This document shows positions 8,973 to 19,004 of a DNA stretch of 64,000 bases, in pieces; the stretch's first letter is position 1; every line of letters begins with the position of its first letter. Made by a program: the position numbers and the translations under genes. The notes beneath the pieces were generated by a model that saw only the letters and a program-made list of their open reading frames with translations, was not told the origin of the DNA and searched no databases. This DNA is from Bdellovibrionota bacterium. GTDB taxonomy: Bacteria > Bdellovibrionota_C > UBA2361 > JBIKUX01. The stretch is from contig JBIKUX010000009.1 of the NCBI GenBank assembly GCA_044347345.1, forward strand, positions 1-64,000, in the 5' to 3' direction.

Positions 8973-9896
8973 ATGTCATCTAGAATTTTGCTTAGCTCCG
9001 TAATAAACAGCTCCTTTTTAAATCGTTTCTCTCAGTTAGCGTCTACCCAGACTACTGCTCAATCACTCAGAGGGGAGCAGGACACCACAAGTGTTTCTGA
9101 CGGTTTACGTCGGGGAGCTCAAATCTATGCACAGTCTGTCCAGTCGGTAAACGCTGTAATAAGTCTTGTTAACTTGTCAGATAAATCTCTATCAGAGCTT
9201 GAAGGGATAACGGATAAATTAATTGATTTAGCAGAGCGCGGAACCTCTTCTAATATTTCCCGTCAAGATAGAAGGCTTCTTGACACAGAGTACCGAAAAC
9301 TCGCGGAAAATTTCCAAAAAATTGTGGCAGATCAACAGTCTGCGGATAACAATTTACTCTCACGAGATCTCTTTGAAGGAATCTTAACTAATATTGGTCT
9401 TTCTCCTGATGCGATTCCATTACTTGGTACCTTGTTTGACTCAATCAAAACACAAGATGACGGAGACTTACTTGCCGATTCAGATGCACAGGGAGTGGGT
9501 CGAGCCAAACTTCCAGCTAGTCTAGTTGCCTCAGGAGTAAAGCGTGCACCATCTGAGCGATCGTTATTTGATCCATCAACTACATTTTCAACACGCGCAG
9601 ATGCCTATGAAATTTTACATGACCTAAAAGCTCTTAAAGATCAAATTAGCACTAATAGAGAGGTATTTACTGAACTACGGGGCTTTCTGGGGGAAAATCT
9701 CACCTTGGTTCGAGAAACCGGACTTGCAATGCTTGAAATTGACGACCAACTTCTTGGAGACAAAGAAGCTAGTGAGGTAGCTGATTTACTTCGCAATCTT
9801 ATAAGGCGCAATGCTGGGAAAGCGATAGCACAGGCTCGTAATCTTGATCCACTTGCAGTGGCAGCTCTTACAATTGACGACTCTAACTTGTCGTAG
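8973..9896 (+). CDS. Highly divergent flagellin-like protein
   Basis: N-terminal helix pattern AQSVQSVNAVISLVNLSDKSLSELEGITDKLIDLAERG...SRQDRRLLDTEYRKL; C-terminal ASEVADLLRNLIRRNAGKAIAQARNLDPLAVAAL resembles the flagellin C-terminus. ATG 8973 chosen; GTG 8922 is possible. Confidence 0.65.
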   Translation: MSSRILLSSVINSSFLNRFSQLASTQTTAQSLRGEQDTTSVSDGLRRGAQIYAQSVQSVNAVISLVNLSDKSLSELEGITDKLIDLAERGTSSNISRQDRRLLDTEYRKLAENFQKIVADQQSADNNLLSRDLFEGILTNIGLSPDAIPLLGTLFDSIKTQDDGDLLADSDAQGVGRAKLPASLVASGVKRAPSERSLFDPSTTFSTRADAYEILHDLKALKDQISTNREVFTELRGFLGENLTLVRETGLAMLEIDDQLLGDKEASEVADLLRNLIRRNAGKAIAQARNLDPLAVAALTIDDSNLS

Positions 9897-10223
9897 TAAT
9901 GTAAAAGTATCGGAGACGTTTTAGTCATATTATCCTTCGTTATAGAAATTAGATTTAGTACTTTTTAAGAAAAGTAAGTTTGTATCAGTCTCGGGAAAGT
10001 TCGTTGTTCCGGTCAGGCTGGCAAGTTTCGACTGGCTGAAGTGCTATGTCTGAAAATAGATTTATTAGGTATACACTTTCCTAAAAAACTAAATTTTGCT
10101 TAGTTAATCGTTTAAATGGCTACTTTTTAAATTAGATATAAATTGGTAGTTCAGTATTTATAACCTTACTTTAGAAGATATATTAAGCGGTGTTTTGTGC
10201 CGTGAATAATTTAGGAACTCATT

Positions 10224-13136
10224 ATGAGTGATCAGTTTGAGGTTTTGTTTGGAGAAAATGCTGGCTACGTTGCAGAGCTTTTTTCTTTGTATAAAGTTAA
10301 CCCAGAATTAGTTGGTTCTGAGTGGAGCCAAGTTTTTTCTGCTTTCGCTCCAGTGGGTACGGCTGGCACTCAGTCCTCTAGTATCAATGTTCCCTCCAGT
10401 ATCAACGGTGTCAATAAGTCCACTAGTATCAACGGATCTACCTCTACCAATGGTGTTAACAGTCCGGTTACTTCAGGTAAAGATATCACCGATAAGGTCT
10501 CAACAGACAAAGCTTATGCTGATGAAGTTTACACTAGTATAGCGCCGCGCGTTACTAATTATCTTATGGCTTGCCGTAACTTCGGCCATTTTAAAGCAAA
10601 GATAAATCCTCTTCACTTAGGAATTGTGCCTAGTCCGTCGCGAGAATCACTTGAGAGAAAGCACTATAGCTTTTCAGAGAGTGATTTAAGTGCTGTTATT
10701 TTTTGTGAAGGATTCGCCAAAGATAAACCTCTTTCGGTTCGTGATATTTTGGATCGGATTGACTCCACTTATTTTGGTTCAGTAGGCTTTGAGTATTGGC
10801 ATCTTTCCGAAGATGAAGAGAGGTTGTGGCTTTGTGATCGAATTGAAAATGGCAGTTGGAAACCTGCTCAAGAGGATCCTGAAACACGGAAGCGTAGGCT
10901 CACAGATCTTATTCGGGCTGAACAATTTGAAGCCGGATTGCACCGGAAATATGTAGGCGCCAAACGATTCTCTCTCGAAGGTGGTGAAACTTTAATTCCT
11001 ATGCTTGCGACTCTTTTCGATAATGCAGGAAAGCACGGAATAACAGATGCAGTGTTAGGAATGGCTCACAGAGGGCGGTTAAACGTGCTTGTTAATATAT
11101 GTGGCAAGCGCCTCGGTGAGATATTTGCTGAGTTTGAGGATGTAACAATGGCATCCTCTGTAGGGGCAGGGGATGTTAAATATCACAACGGTTTTGAAGG
11201 AGTTGTAACTACTAATTTGGGTCACTCTTTGGGTGTTAGGCTTGCCTCTAATCCGTCACACCTTGAATTTGTTACTCCAGTAGTTATGGGGATAGCTCGC
11301 GCTCTTCAAGATGAACGGTACAGAGAGAATCGCAATTGTGTGATTCCGGTAGTTCTTCACGGAGATGCTGCATTTATCGGGCAAGGCATTGTTACTGAGA
11401 CTCTCAATTTTGCCCGAGTACGTGGATACACATGTGGAGGTGCGCTTCATATCGTTATAAATAATCAGATTGGGTTTACCACAACACCTGATGAGGCAAG
11501 GTCATCTGTATATTGTACAGATTTTGCCAAGGCGACGGATATTCCAGTATTTCATGTTAACGCTGAAGATGTTGATGCTTCATGTGCAGTGATTGAACTT
11601 GCTCTTGAGTACCGACAAAAATTTCATAAAGATGTAGTAATTGACCTCTACTGTTTCAGGAAGTACGGACACAACGAGGGAGATGACCCTACTTTTACCC
11701 AACCCTTGTTATACTCTGGAATTAAAGCAAAAAAATCCATACCGACTCAGTACGCAGAAACTTTGCATGATAGCGGTATAATCGACCAGTCTTATGCTCA
11801 ACAAGTGACCCAAGATTACATTCAGAAGTTTGATATCGTACACCGAGATACAGCAGAGAAAGTGACAGGAGGTGCTTGTCCTACCAGAGGACGTCTTGGT
11901 CGTCGTAACCTTTCTACTAGTATTTCTGCTGAGGATATCGCTCGAATAGCTGAAATGCTAATTTCCTATCCCAGTGATTTTCGACCTCACCCAAAACTTG
12001 AACGGCTACTTAAAAAGAGAATTGAGGTGATGTTTCTCGAAGGTAAAGGCGTAGTAGAGTGGGGTTTGGCTGAAGCTTTAGCCTTTGGTTCATTAATACT
12101 TTGCGGAGTTTCAGTTCGATTAGTTGGTCAAGATGCGATTCGCGGTACTTTTAGCCATCGTCATCTAGGACTTGATCATTATCCATTAGACTTGAGCGAA
12201 AATCAGCAGATTCAATATTTCCCCCTAAATAGCCTAGCTCAAGCAGGGGCAAGCACTCTTACCGACATGAGACCAGCTTTATTTGAGGTTTTTAATACAA
12301 CTCTTTCTGAAGCGGGAGTGATGGGATTTGAATACGGATATTCGGTGACCGCTTTTAATCGGTTGGTTTTATGGGAGGGACAATTTGGCGATTTTGCCAA
12401 TGGAGCTCAGGTTATTATTGATCAGTTTTTAAGTTCATCAGAATCAAAGTGGAACGAGCTTTGTGGATTAGTTCTCTTACTTCCTCATGGATGTGAAGGG
12501 CAAGGTCCGGAACATACTAGTGCAAGGTTAGAGAGATTCTTACAGCTTTGTGCCGAAGGTAATATGACAGTTGTATATCCCACTACATCGTCACAATACT
12601 TTCACCTACTTCGACGACAAGCTTTCGCTGAAGTTAAGAGGCCCTTAGTGGTGATGACTCCAAAAAGTCTTTTGCGATCGTCTGAGGCCATGTCTGAACT
12701 TTCTGCATTCAAAGCAGGAACGTTTGAGCCAATAATCGTTAAACATATAGGAGAAAATCCACAAACTCTCTTTTTATGTACAGGGAAGATATACTTTGAT
12801 ATTTATCGGGCAATCGAGGATCTAGGAACCGGTAGTGCCACAATTGTGCGTATTGAACAGCTATATCCCTTTCCAGAGCTGGAATTACAAGAGTTGTTTG
12901 GAAATCTCAAGCCTAAGCGGATATGTTGGGTGCAAGAAGAACATCAAAATCAAGGTGCGTGGTGGTTTGTTGAGCGCAAAATGCGTGAGCTAGGGGTTAT
13001 GCCAGAAGTGTTGCAGCTGCATTATATAGGCCGTAGCGAAAGTGCGAGTACTGCTACTGGTTCGCCTAAGTATCACTACAAGGAGCATAAAGCTATTCTT
13101 GATAGTGTAGTTGCCGAGATAAACGTATCTTGCTAA
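10224..13136 (+). CDS. sucA: 2-oxoglutarate dehydrogenase E1 component
   Basis: KRFSLEGGE, GMAHRGRLN, GDVKYH, NPSHLE, HGDAAF, INNQIGFTT, YGHNEGDDP, WEGQFGDFANGAQ, GQGPEHTSARLERFLQL. Confidence 0.97.
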   Translation: MSDQFEVLFGENAGYVAELFSLYKVNPELVGSEWSQVFSAFAPVGTAGTQSSSINVPSSINGVNKSTSINGSTSTNGVNSPVTSGKDITDKVSTDKAYADEVYTSIAPRVTNYLMACRNFGHFKAKINPLHLGIVPSPSRESLERKHYSFSESDLSAVIFCEGFAKDKPLSVRDILDRIDSTYFGSVGFEYWHLSEDEERLWLCDRIENGSWKPAQEDPETRKRRLTDLIRAEQFEAGLHRKYVGAKRFSLEGGETLIPMLATLFDNAGKHGITDAVLGMAHRGRLNVLVNICGKRLGEIFAEFEDVTMASSVGAGDVKYHNGFEGVVTTNLGHSLGVRLASNPSHLEFVTPVVMGIARALQDERYRENRNCVIPVVLHGDAAFIGQGIVTETLNFARVRGYTCGGALHIVINNQIGFTTTPDEARSSVYCTDFAKATDIPVFHVNAEDVDASCAVIELALEYRQKFHKDVVIDLYCFRKYGHNEGDDPTFTQPLLYSGIKAKKSIPTQYAETLHDSGIIDQSYAQQVTQDYIQKFDIVHRDTAEKVTGGACPTRGRLGRRNLSTSISAEDIARIAEMLISYPSDFRPHPKLERLLKKRIEVMFLEGKGVVEWGLAEALAFGSLILCGVSVRLVGQDAIRGTFSHRHLGLDHYPLDLSENQQIQYFPLNSLAQAGASTLTDMRPALFEVFNTTLSEAGVMGFEYGYSVTAFNRLVLWEGQFGDFANGAQVIIDQFLSSSESKWNELCGLVLLLPHGCEGQGPEHTSARLERFLQLCAEGNMTVVYPTTSSQYFHLLRRQAFAEVKRPLVVMTPKSLLRSSEAMSELSAFKAGTFEPIIVKHIGENPQTLFLCTGKIYFDIYRAIEDLGTGSATIVRIEQLYPFPELELQELFGNLKPKRICWVQEEHQNQGAWWFVERKMRELGVMPEVLQLHYIGRSESASTATGSPKYHYKEHKAILDSVVAEINVSC

Positions 13137-14457
13137 CTACTCTGTCAATAGTCCAATAAATATATAGGGTTTGTAACGGTAAAAGTACGACTGAGTAGCG
13201 GTCATAGAAGGCAATTAAGACATACGGTAGTAAGTATAAAGCTCCAAGCCATAATGTGGTATTTTGAAAAGAGGAATTACTTCGGTAATAAAATAGTAGA
13301 AACAGCCAGCAAACAAAAGGAATAGCATAAAGAATTCGATGCAGTAAAAGAGCACGTTGTGGTACCTTTGAGAAATATGGATGATACCAAATCGTAGCAG
13401 CAAGCAATCGGTTTTTAACTTTTTTTAAATAATCTGTAGGTTGGGTTAGGAGATATTCTTTTAGTGTATCGTTCAAGTAATTAGCTATATCTAGTTCGGA
13501 TGTCCAACCTAAATTCGTAAATTCATCAGGATTTATTATTCCTAAAATAAATGGATGTTGTTGATGTTCCGTTGCTGTGTATACACCAGACTTGGAGTGG
13601 ACATTACCGAATGCTACTTCAAAAATTCCATTTGACTTGATAGGAATAAATTTACCAAAGTGTACGTAGTTACGTACAAACCATGGACCAGTGGGAATTA
13701 CCGCTAATGAAATAGCAAGGGCTAACATTTTAAGTTTTTTATTTGTAATCGCTATACCAGAGCCAACAACAACACAAGACATAGCTAAAATGGGATTTGC
13801 TAAACTAGTTATTCCAACTAAAAATCCCCACGTTGACCATAGCTTGCATGTAGACCACAACTCGGCTGAATCACCGTGTATTAACTTTTGTAAAAGTACT
13901 AAGTTCAAGGTCAATAAAACAATTAATAAAGAATGATCATGAGTAAATTGATAGAACCAGTAAAAATTTATCAAAGAAAGGCAGTAAAAAATTGCATAAG
14001 CTAAATTTGTCGGAACAGGAGAAGCATTGGAAATAGGAGAAGTATTCTTAGAATATTCTCTTATAATTATTCTAGTTATAAGCCAGCCGGTTATAGTAAT
14101 AAAAAATAGTTGTATCATATTAAATACAAACGATACCTTATGCACATATCTGAACATGTAAATTAAGCCTGCTAATATCCAAACAAGCAGAGGTGGCATC
14201 CATGCTGAAGGTCCAGTTTCAACCCCAAATGGGTTAGAGATTCCGGATCCCGATACTAACGATACTGCTAAGTTAAAGTATTCTGCACACAAATGGCCTG
14301 AATGATCTTTAACGTTTTCCCAAGGATTTATATTGAAATTGCCAAATTGTTCCGGAAATATCGTCCTAAGTTGAGAGATAAATTTAGTGGCTAGTAACGC
14401 AAGAGCAAAAAATAGGAAAGCTAGTCTTGAATTTTTGCTTGTTGTTGGCATAAACAT
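13093..14457 (-). CDS. Polytopic membrane glycosyltransferase (GT-C fold, ArnT/PMT-like)
   Basis: Many TM segments; EYFNLAVSLVSGSGISNPFG, AWMPPL, PWFVRNYVHFGKFIPIKSN, RY near the C-terminus. Confidence 0.65.
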   Translation of the reverse strand: MFMPTTSKNSRLAFLFFALALLATKFISQLRTIFPEQFGNFNINPWENVKDHSGHLCAEYFNLAVSLVSGSGISNPFGVETGPSAWMPPLLVWILAGLIYMFRYVHKVSFVFNMIQLFFITITGWLITRIIIREYSKNTSPISNASPVPTNLAYAIFYCLSLINFYWFYQFTHDHSLLIVLLTLNLVLLQKLIHGDSAELWSTCKLWSTWGFLVGITSLANPILAMSCVVVGSGIAITNKKLKMLALAISLAVIPTGPWFVRNYVHFGKFIPIKSNGIFEVAFGNVHSKSGVYTATEHQQHPFILGIINPDEFTNLGWTSELDIANYLNDTLKEYLLTQPTDYLKKVKNRLLAATIWYHPYFSKVPQRALLLHRILYAIPFVCWLFLLFYYRSNSSFQNTTLWLGALYLLPYVLIAFYDRYSVVLLPLQTLYIYWTIDRVVSKIRLSRQLHYQE

Positions 14458-14510
14458 AGAATGTTACTTAAATGTCTCTTTAGTAGCGTAAGACACTAAG
14501 TCATTCTTAA

Positions 14511-15800
14511 CTAGAGATTTTTTACATTACTAATTGGTTGGCCAAGGATAACCTCTCGAATAATATAAACAGCTACTGGTACACCTAATAGAAGACCCCA
14601 AACGCCAAAAAAGTGCTCAGAGATGGCTAATATCGCAAGGACTAGCACAGGATCTAAATGAAGCATATTGCCCACTATGCGAGGATTAAGAAGACTAGTC
14701 TCGATAAAATGTATAATTAGGATAGCTAATATTGCCCAAACGGCTAGAAATAAACTGCCGTCTTCTTGAATTAATGACATAACAGCTATTGGAATACTTG
14801 AAAATACCACACCTAAAACTGGTATAAAGCTGCATAGAAAAACAAAACTACATAGAAATACCTCATTTTGAATTCCTAAAATTTTAAGAGATATAAATGT
14901 TAAAATAGAATTAGCCACAGCTATCACCGCTTGAGCTTGGAAGGCTCGCCCAATAAGTTGGCCAAATCTAACTAAACCTGGCGCTACTTCTCGGTAGGAT
15001 TGCCCAATCCTACTTGTTTCAAGTTGCTTTATGCCGTTTGCAAGACGCGGAACGTCCAAGGTTATGAAAAAACTTAACAGTAAAATAAGACCAAGTTGAA
15101 AGGGAAAAACCAAAAGTTTTGGAATAAAAACCTTTAGAGCACCTCCCAAGGTGCTCATTACGGTTACTATGGATTCTTCAATCATATTTTCAAGCTTGGC
15201 GGCAAACTCTCCTTGTTTCCATTCAAGTACTAAGCGAGCTCGTTCCGATCTTTCGAATGCGCGCTCAGGTGTTAGTGATTGACTTGAATTTTTAGTTAAA
15301 TCTGATTGGCTTAACTGTGACGCAGAAGAAATTGAGGTCTCTTCGATAAAAGAGGCAAAGCGACTGCTATACTCAGAGCTTGATTTATCTGAATACTGTC
15401 GTTGAAAAAGCCATCTTCCTACTGTATCTCTCAACAAGTCATCAATCACACTTTGAGGTGATTGTTGAGATTGTGTTAACCGCCTAACTAATCCCTCACC
15501 TTGACGGATAAATTCTGGTACTAAATAAGCGCCCACTCCGTAAACACATCCCAGTAATGCTACAAATGACGTTGTAACAACAAATATTTCAGAGATGCGT
15601 CTGTAACCAGAAGGGAAAAAAAAGCTAAGTATCCGAACAACTAAAGTGCGCATCGAATAAGACACGATAAACGTGAGAAATATTACAAAAAAGAAGTGCC
15701 TGAGAAAGTAAAAAGTGAGTAATACTCCTCCCCACGCTATTAGTGATTTCCACGGAAAATTACTCCAAAAATATATGGTTTGTTTTGATTGTTCGTTCAT
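14511..15800 (-). CDS. AI-2E family (PerM-like) transporter
   Basis: LSFFITLD, AFQAQAVIA, SFIPVLG, HFIETSLLNPRIVG, FFGVWGLLLGVPVA. Confidence 0.9.
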   Translation of the reverse strand: MNEQSKQTIYFWSNFPWKSLIAWGGVLLTFYFLRHFFFVIFLTFIVSYSMRTLVVRILSFFFPSGYRRISEIFVVTTSFVALLGCVYGVGAYLVPEFIRQGEGLVRRLTQSQQSPQSVIDDLLRDTVGRWLFQRQYSDKSSSEYSSRFASFIEETSISSASQLSQSDLTKNSSQSLTPERAFERSERARLVLEWKQGEFAAKLENMIEESIVTVMSTLGGALKVFIPKLLVFPFQLGLILLLSFFITLDVPRLANGIKQLETSRIGQSYREVAPGLVRFGQLIGRAFQAQAVIAVANSILTFISLKILGIQNEVFLCSFVFLCSFIPVLGVVFSSIPIAVMSLIQEDGSLFLAVWAILAILIIHFIETSLLNPRIVGNMLHLDPVLVLAILAISEHFFGVWGLLLGVPVAVYIIREVILGQPISNVKNL

Positions 15801-15815
15801 ACAGCCTTAATTAGA

Positions 15816-16544
15816 TCATTTTTTGCTAATAAAGTTGCTAGCTGGCGTTTCCATAATTTTAACAAATACTGCCGCGTGTCTTATAATGAGTAGCTCAATA
15901 GACTGTCTTGGCAACTCATAAGTAACATTTTGTAAAGATATTTCATCGCAGAAGGTACCAAAAGAGCCGGGTGTTTCATAACCTAGATGCTCTTCAATTG
16001 GTAGCTTTGATTGGGCTGATAAATAATTGGTTAGTGGCCAACTCTTAGATCCATTAATAACTCCTAATGGGCCATGTACTGATATAACTACAGAGGGATC
16101 GAGGTCGTAAATCAGGGAGAGAAGAGCTGCTGTTTCTGGCTCTGATGCAGGTGCAGAACCACTACTAAGTTCTACCTCTCTGTGACACTCAAGAGTCCAA
16201 CGATGTTTAATAGTATCGGATCTCCAAGTAGAAGAAGGGAAATTTCTATTTAAGTCAACACCTCTCGCATTACCGCGGGTGCCAAGTAGAATCCCGTCGG
16301 GATTTGCACAGAGAATTACTGCCCATTCTCCAAGTGAAGAACGCATTCGGAGTGCCGCAGATAGTACGACCGTAGTATCAGGCTCACAACCATGAATTCC
16401 CGCAATAATAAGGCCTGGCCTACTCACTGTTTTAGGAAGAATTACTGTAAGTGGCAGACCCTGCACAGAGTAGCCATAAACTCTAAGAATATATGACTCG
16501 TCAGAATCTAGGAAAAGAGAACCTCTCTTGGCGGCTGGACGCAT
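15816..16544 (-). CDS. mpaA: Murein tripeptide amidase (M14 zinc carboxypeptidase)
   Basis: YGYSVQG, AGIHGCE, NPDG...RGNARGVDLNRNFP, ASEPET, VISVH, GYETPGSFG, TYELP. Confidence 0.85.
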   Translation of the reverse strand: MRPAAKRGSLFLDSDESYILRVYGYSVQGLPLTVILPKTVSRPGLIIAGIHGCEPDTTVVLSAALRMRSSLGEWAVILCANPDGILLGTRGNARGVDLNRNFPSSTWRSDTIKHRWTLECHREVELSSGSAPASEPETAALLSLIYDLDPSVVISVHGPLGVINGSKSWPLTNYLSAQSKLPIEEHLGYETPGSFGTFCDEISLQNVTYELPRQSIELLIIRHAAVFVKIMETPASNFISKK

Positions 16545-16546
16545 GA

Positions 16547-17662
16547 TTACTTGTTTAAAAATTTTTGAGTTTTTAAATAAAGAATGATTAAGGAAAGAAG
16601 AGCACTATGACTTTCCTGTATTCGGTTAGATGATTTATGTGAAGCAATAATGGAGTAATTGGAACGTCCCAATAAAGCACCACCAGCTCCTCCTCCTAAA
16701 AATACTGTTAGCACTCCATGCTCTTCAGCTTTATTTACAGCAGATAGGAGATTAGGAGAGTTACCAGATGTTGAAATTGCGATGAAGAGACAGCGAGGTG
16801 CTTGAAGGTCTCTAGCGAGAGCTGCTGCTTCAACTTGGCGAGTAAATACTTCCTTAAAAGACCAATCGTTGGCAATACAAGTCAGTGCGCCCGAATCTGC
16901 AAACGGAAGAACTGATAAAGCTCCAGCCGAGCGAGCATTAAAAATAAATTCTTCAGCGTCACATGCTGAACCACCATTTCCGGCTAAAACGATTAAGCCC
17001 GATTGTGATATTTGAGATACTACTAAAGACTTGATCTCTTCAAATTTATCAAGGAATTTACCGTCATTAGCGTGTAAAAGATCAACAGAAGCGGATTCAG
17101 AAAAGATTAATGCTAAATCTTCTGGTGATTTAGGGGGATGAAATTCAAAGAATTCACAAATGATGTGAATAATCAGCGAAAATAGCGGAGTTTCAAAGCT
17201 AAATTCTTTCAAATCAAAAGTAAGAGAACTACTAACACTAGGTTGTAGAGTAAAATTACTGATTGTACTTGGATTGTCACAACTCACTTTGTTTGCTTGT
17301 TGCATGATAAACGGATCGGAGAGTTTTGCAGGGAAAGTGAGACGAATCTCATTGGAAAGAAAAGGAACGTACTCTTTTTCGTTCTGTTGGGGTATTACAA
17401 ATGCTCCGTATGGACGCCTAATATCTTTGTAGCGACCGATAAGTTCTTCACTTAAATGGCGAGCTTTGGCCAAGAAGGCGGGGGGAGCTTGTATTGTTAC
17501 AATACATCCAGATAATGCAAATTCACGAAGTTTTAAGCCGTAATCGTAGAGATTTTGAAGGATAATTTTATGACTAGCTATAGCTAGTTTGATGTTAGCT
17601 AATCTGTTAAACCAGTCAGGAGCTACAGACTTTTGGCTAGCCTGGTTTGTATCGTAATTCAT
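16547..17662 (-). CDS. GmhA-like SIS-domain protein with a ~190-aa N-terminal degenerate SIS-like extension
   Basis: C-half has GNGGSACDA, LTCIANDWSFKEVFTRQVEA, ISTSGNSPN, RIQESH; N-half ends in LIIHIICEFFE. Confidence 0.75.
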   Translation of the reverse strand: MNYDTNQASQKSVAPDWFNRLANIKLAIASHKIILQNLYDYGLKLREFALSGCIVTIQAPPAFLAKARHLSEELIGRYKDIRRPYGAFVIPQQNEKEYVPFLSNEIRLTFPAKLSDPFIMQQANKVSCDNPSTISNFTLQPSVSSSLTFDLKEFSFETPLFSLIIHIICEFFEFHPPKSPEDLALIFSESASVDLLHANDGKFLDKFEEIKSLVVSQISQSGLIVLAGNGGSACDAEEFIFNARSAGALSVLPFADSGALTCIANDWSFKEVFTRQVEAAALARDLQAPRCLFIAISTSGNSPNLLSAVNKAEEHGVLTVFLGGGAGGALLGRSNYSIIASHKSSNRIQESHSALLSLIILYLKTQKFLNK

Positions 17663-17706
17663 TACACTTTAACTTTTTTCATTTAAATCTACTTTTACCT
17701 CGGTAT

Positions 17707-18975
17707 TTACTTATCAGAACTAACCCTTAACAGTATAGGAATTTCTGTCCCGTTAGCCGAACAATCGTTATGCGAGGTAACTTCTATTTGCGGCTGGGTA
17801 GTTTCACAACCAATTAAAAGCACTGCCCAGTTATCATCGAATTTAAATTCTTTATCTTTAATTTTAAGGTTTACCGAACATCCCAATCCTATTAATAATT
17901 CGTAGGCTTTTGGATGCTCTAGAAAATATGAATGTTTAGCAATATTGAATCCATATAGACAAGAAATTACAACACCACTAATCGGTGTATCAAATTTCTG
18001 TTCACCGCAGTGATTTAAATTCACGTTACTACGATGCACAAGGTGAACTTCTTCTGATGGCTCAAAAATGCCAGCTTTTAGGAGGGCTGGAATATCAAGT
18101 TCTTTAGTGGTAGCGCCCCCACGTATGGTATTATCTGAAGGGGTCATACATTCAAAAATATCACCGCTTAGATAAGCATGCACTAAGCCAGGAGTAAGCG
18201 ATATGCTGTCACCAACTTGAAGCTCGTGCAACTCTAAAAGAGGCGTCAGAAAAATTCCTGGATCATACGATCCAAATTCTTTACTCAGGTACAGAATAGT
18301 GTCTCTGTGAGATACTAGCAAAGGTTCACTATTGGTAAGTTCTAATAAAGTTCTTCCGTGTACTTCTCTTTGTTGCCTAGATGCCTCATACATTTTGGTA
18401 ATGGTTTCTAGAAGAGAACTTGCGCGAAAAGATTTGAAGGCAGGAAGGCCTAGGAGAGCTGTAAGAACCTCAGCTTGGCGAAATCCAGCCAAGATGCGAG
18501 TTTTAGTTAAAGCGATACCGATTTCTGGCTTAGGCAGGGGGTCAGAGTAACGCAGAGGAAAATTAGAATGAAGTGATTTTGATAGCTCTGAGTTTGGATG
18601 ACATTGAATTGAGAGAGGTGAATTTACGCTCAGGATTTTAGCCAAAAATGGCAAATTCTCACAAGGTTTCTGATTCTGGTAGCCGAATTTTTCTTCAGCT
18701 TGTCCCCATTCTTGCAAAATATCTGTTAACAACTGCTGCTGGTTATTTTGTCCTTTGAGAGAGGATTTTGCACAGGCTACATCTATACCTGTTGCAATCC
18801 CTAATTTATGAGTACCAAACCATAGCTCAGCTACAGGTTTGTCTGAATCGAAGGTTATATTTTTAAAACATCTGGAAATTATGGACGAATCTATCGGTTT
18901 TCCCCAGTTGTGTTGCTTTACTATTCCACTGAGTAAAATAACTCGGTAAAAATTTTTGCTGTTATCGCTACTCAT
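17707..18975 (-). CDS. manA: Mannose-6-phosphate isomerase, class I
   Basis: HNWGK, AELWFGTH, LPFLAKILS...PLSIQCHP, DPLPKPE, HAYLSGDIFECM, SDNTIRGG. Confidence 0.9.
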   Translation of the reverse strand: MSSDNSKNFYRVILLSGIVKQHNWGKPIDSSIISRCFKNITFDSDKPVAELWFGTHKLGIATGIDVACAKSSLKGQNNQQQLLTDILQEWGQAEEKFGYQNQKPCENLPFLAKILSVNSPLSIQCHPNSELSKSLHSNFPLRYSDPLPKPEIGIALTKTRILAGFRQAEVLTALLGLPAFKSFRASSLLETITKMYEASRQQREVHGRTLLELTNSEPLLVSHRDTILYLSKEFGSYDPGIFLTPLLELHELQVGDSISLTPGLVHAYLSGDIFECMTPSDNTIRGGATTKELDIPALLKAGIFEPSEEVHLVHRSNVNLNHCGEQKFDTPISGVVISCLYGFNIAKHSYFLEHPKAYELLIGLGCSVNLKIKDKEFKFDDNWAVLLIGCETTQPQIEVTSHNDCSANGTEIPILLRVSSDK

Positions 18976-19004
18976 ATTGGTCGCTGATAATACCTTCTTT
19001 TAGA

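Noticed and set aside
10009..10035. SRP RNA-like GGTCAGG sequence
   Set aside because: It lacks the conserved CCGGAAGGAAGCAGC helix-8 motif.
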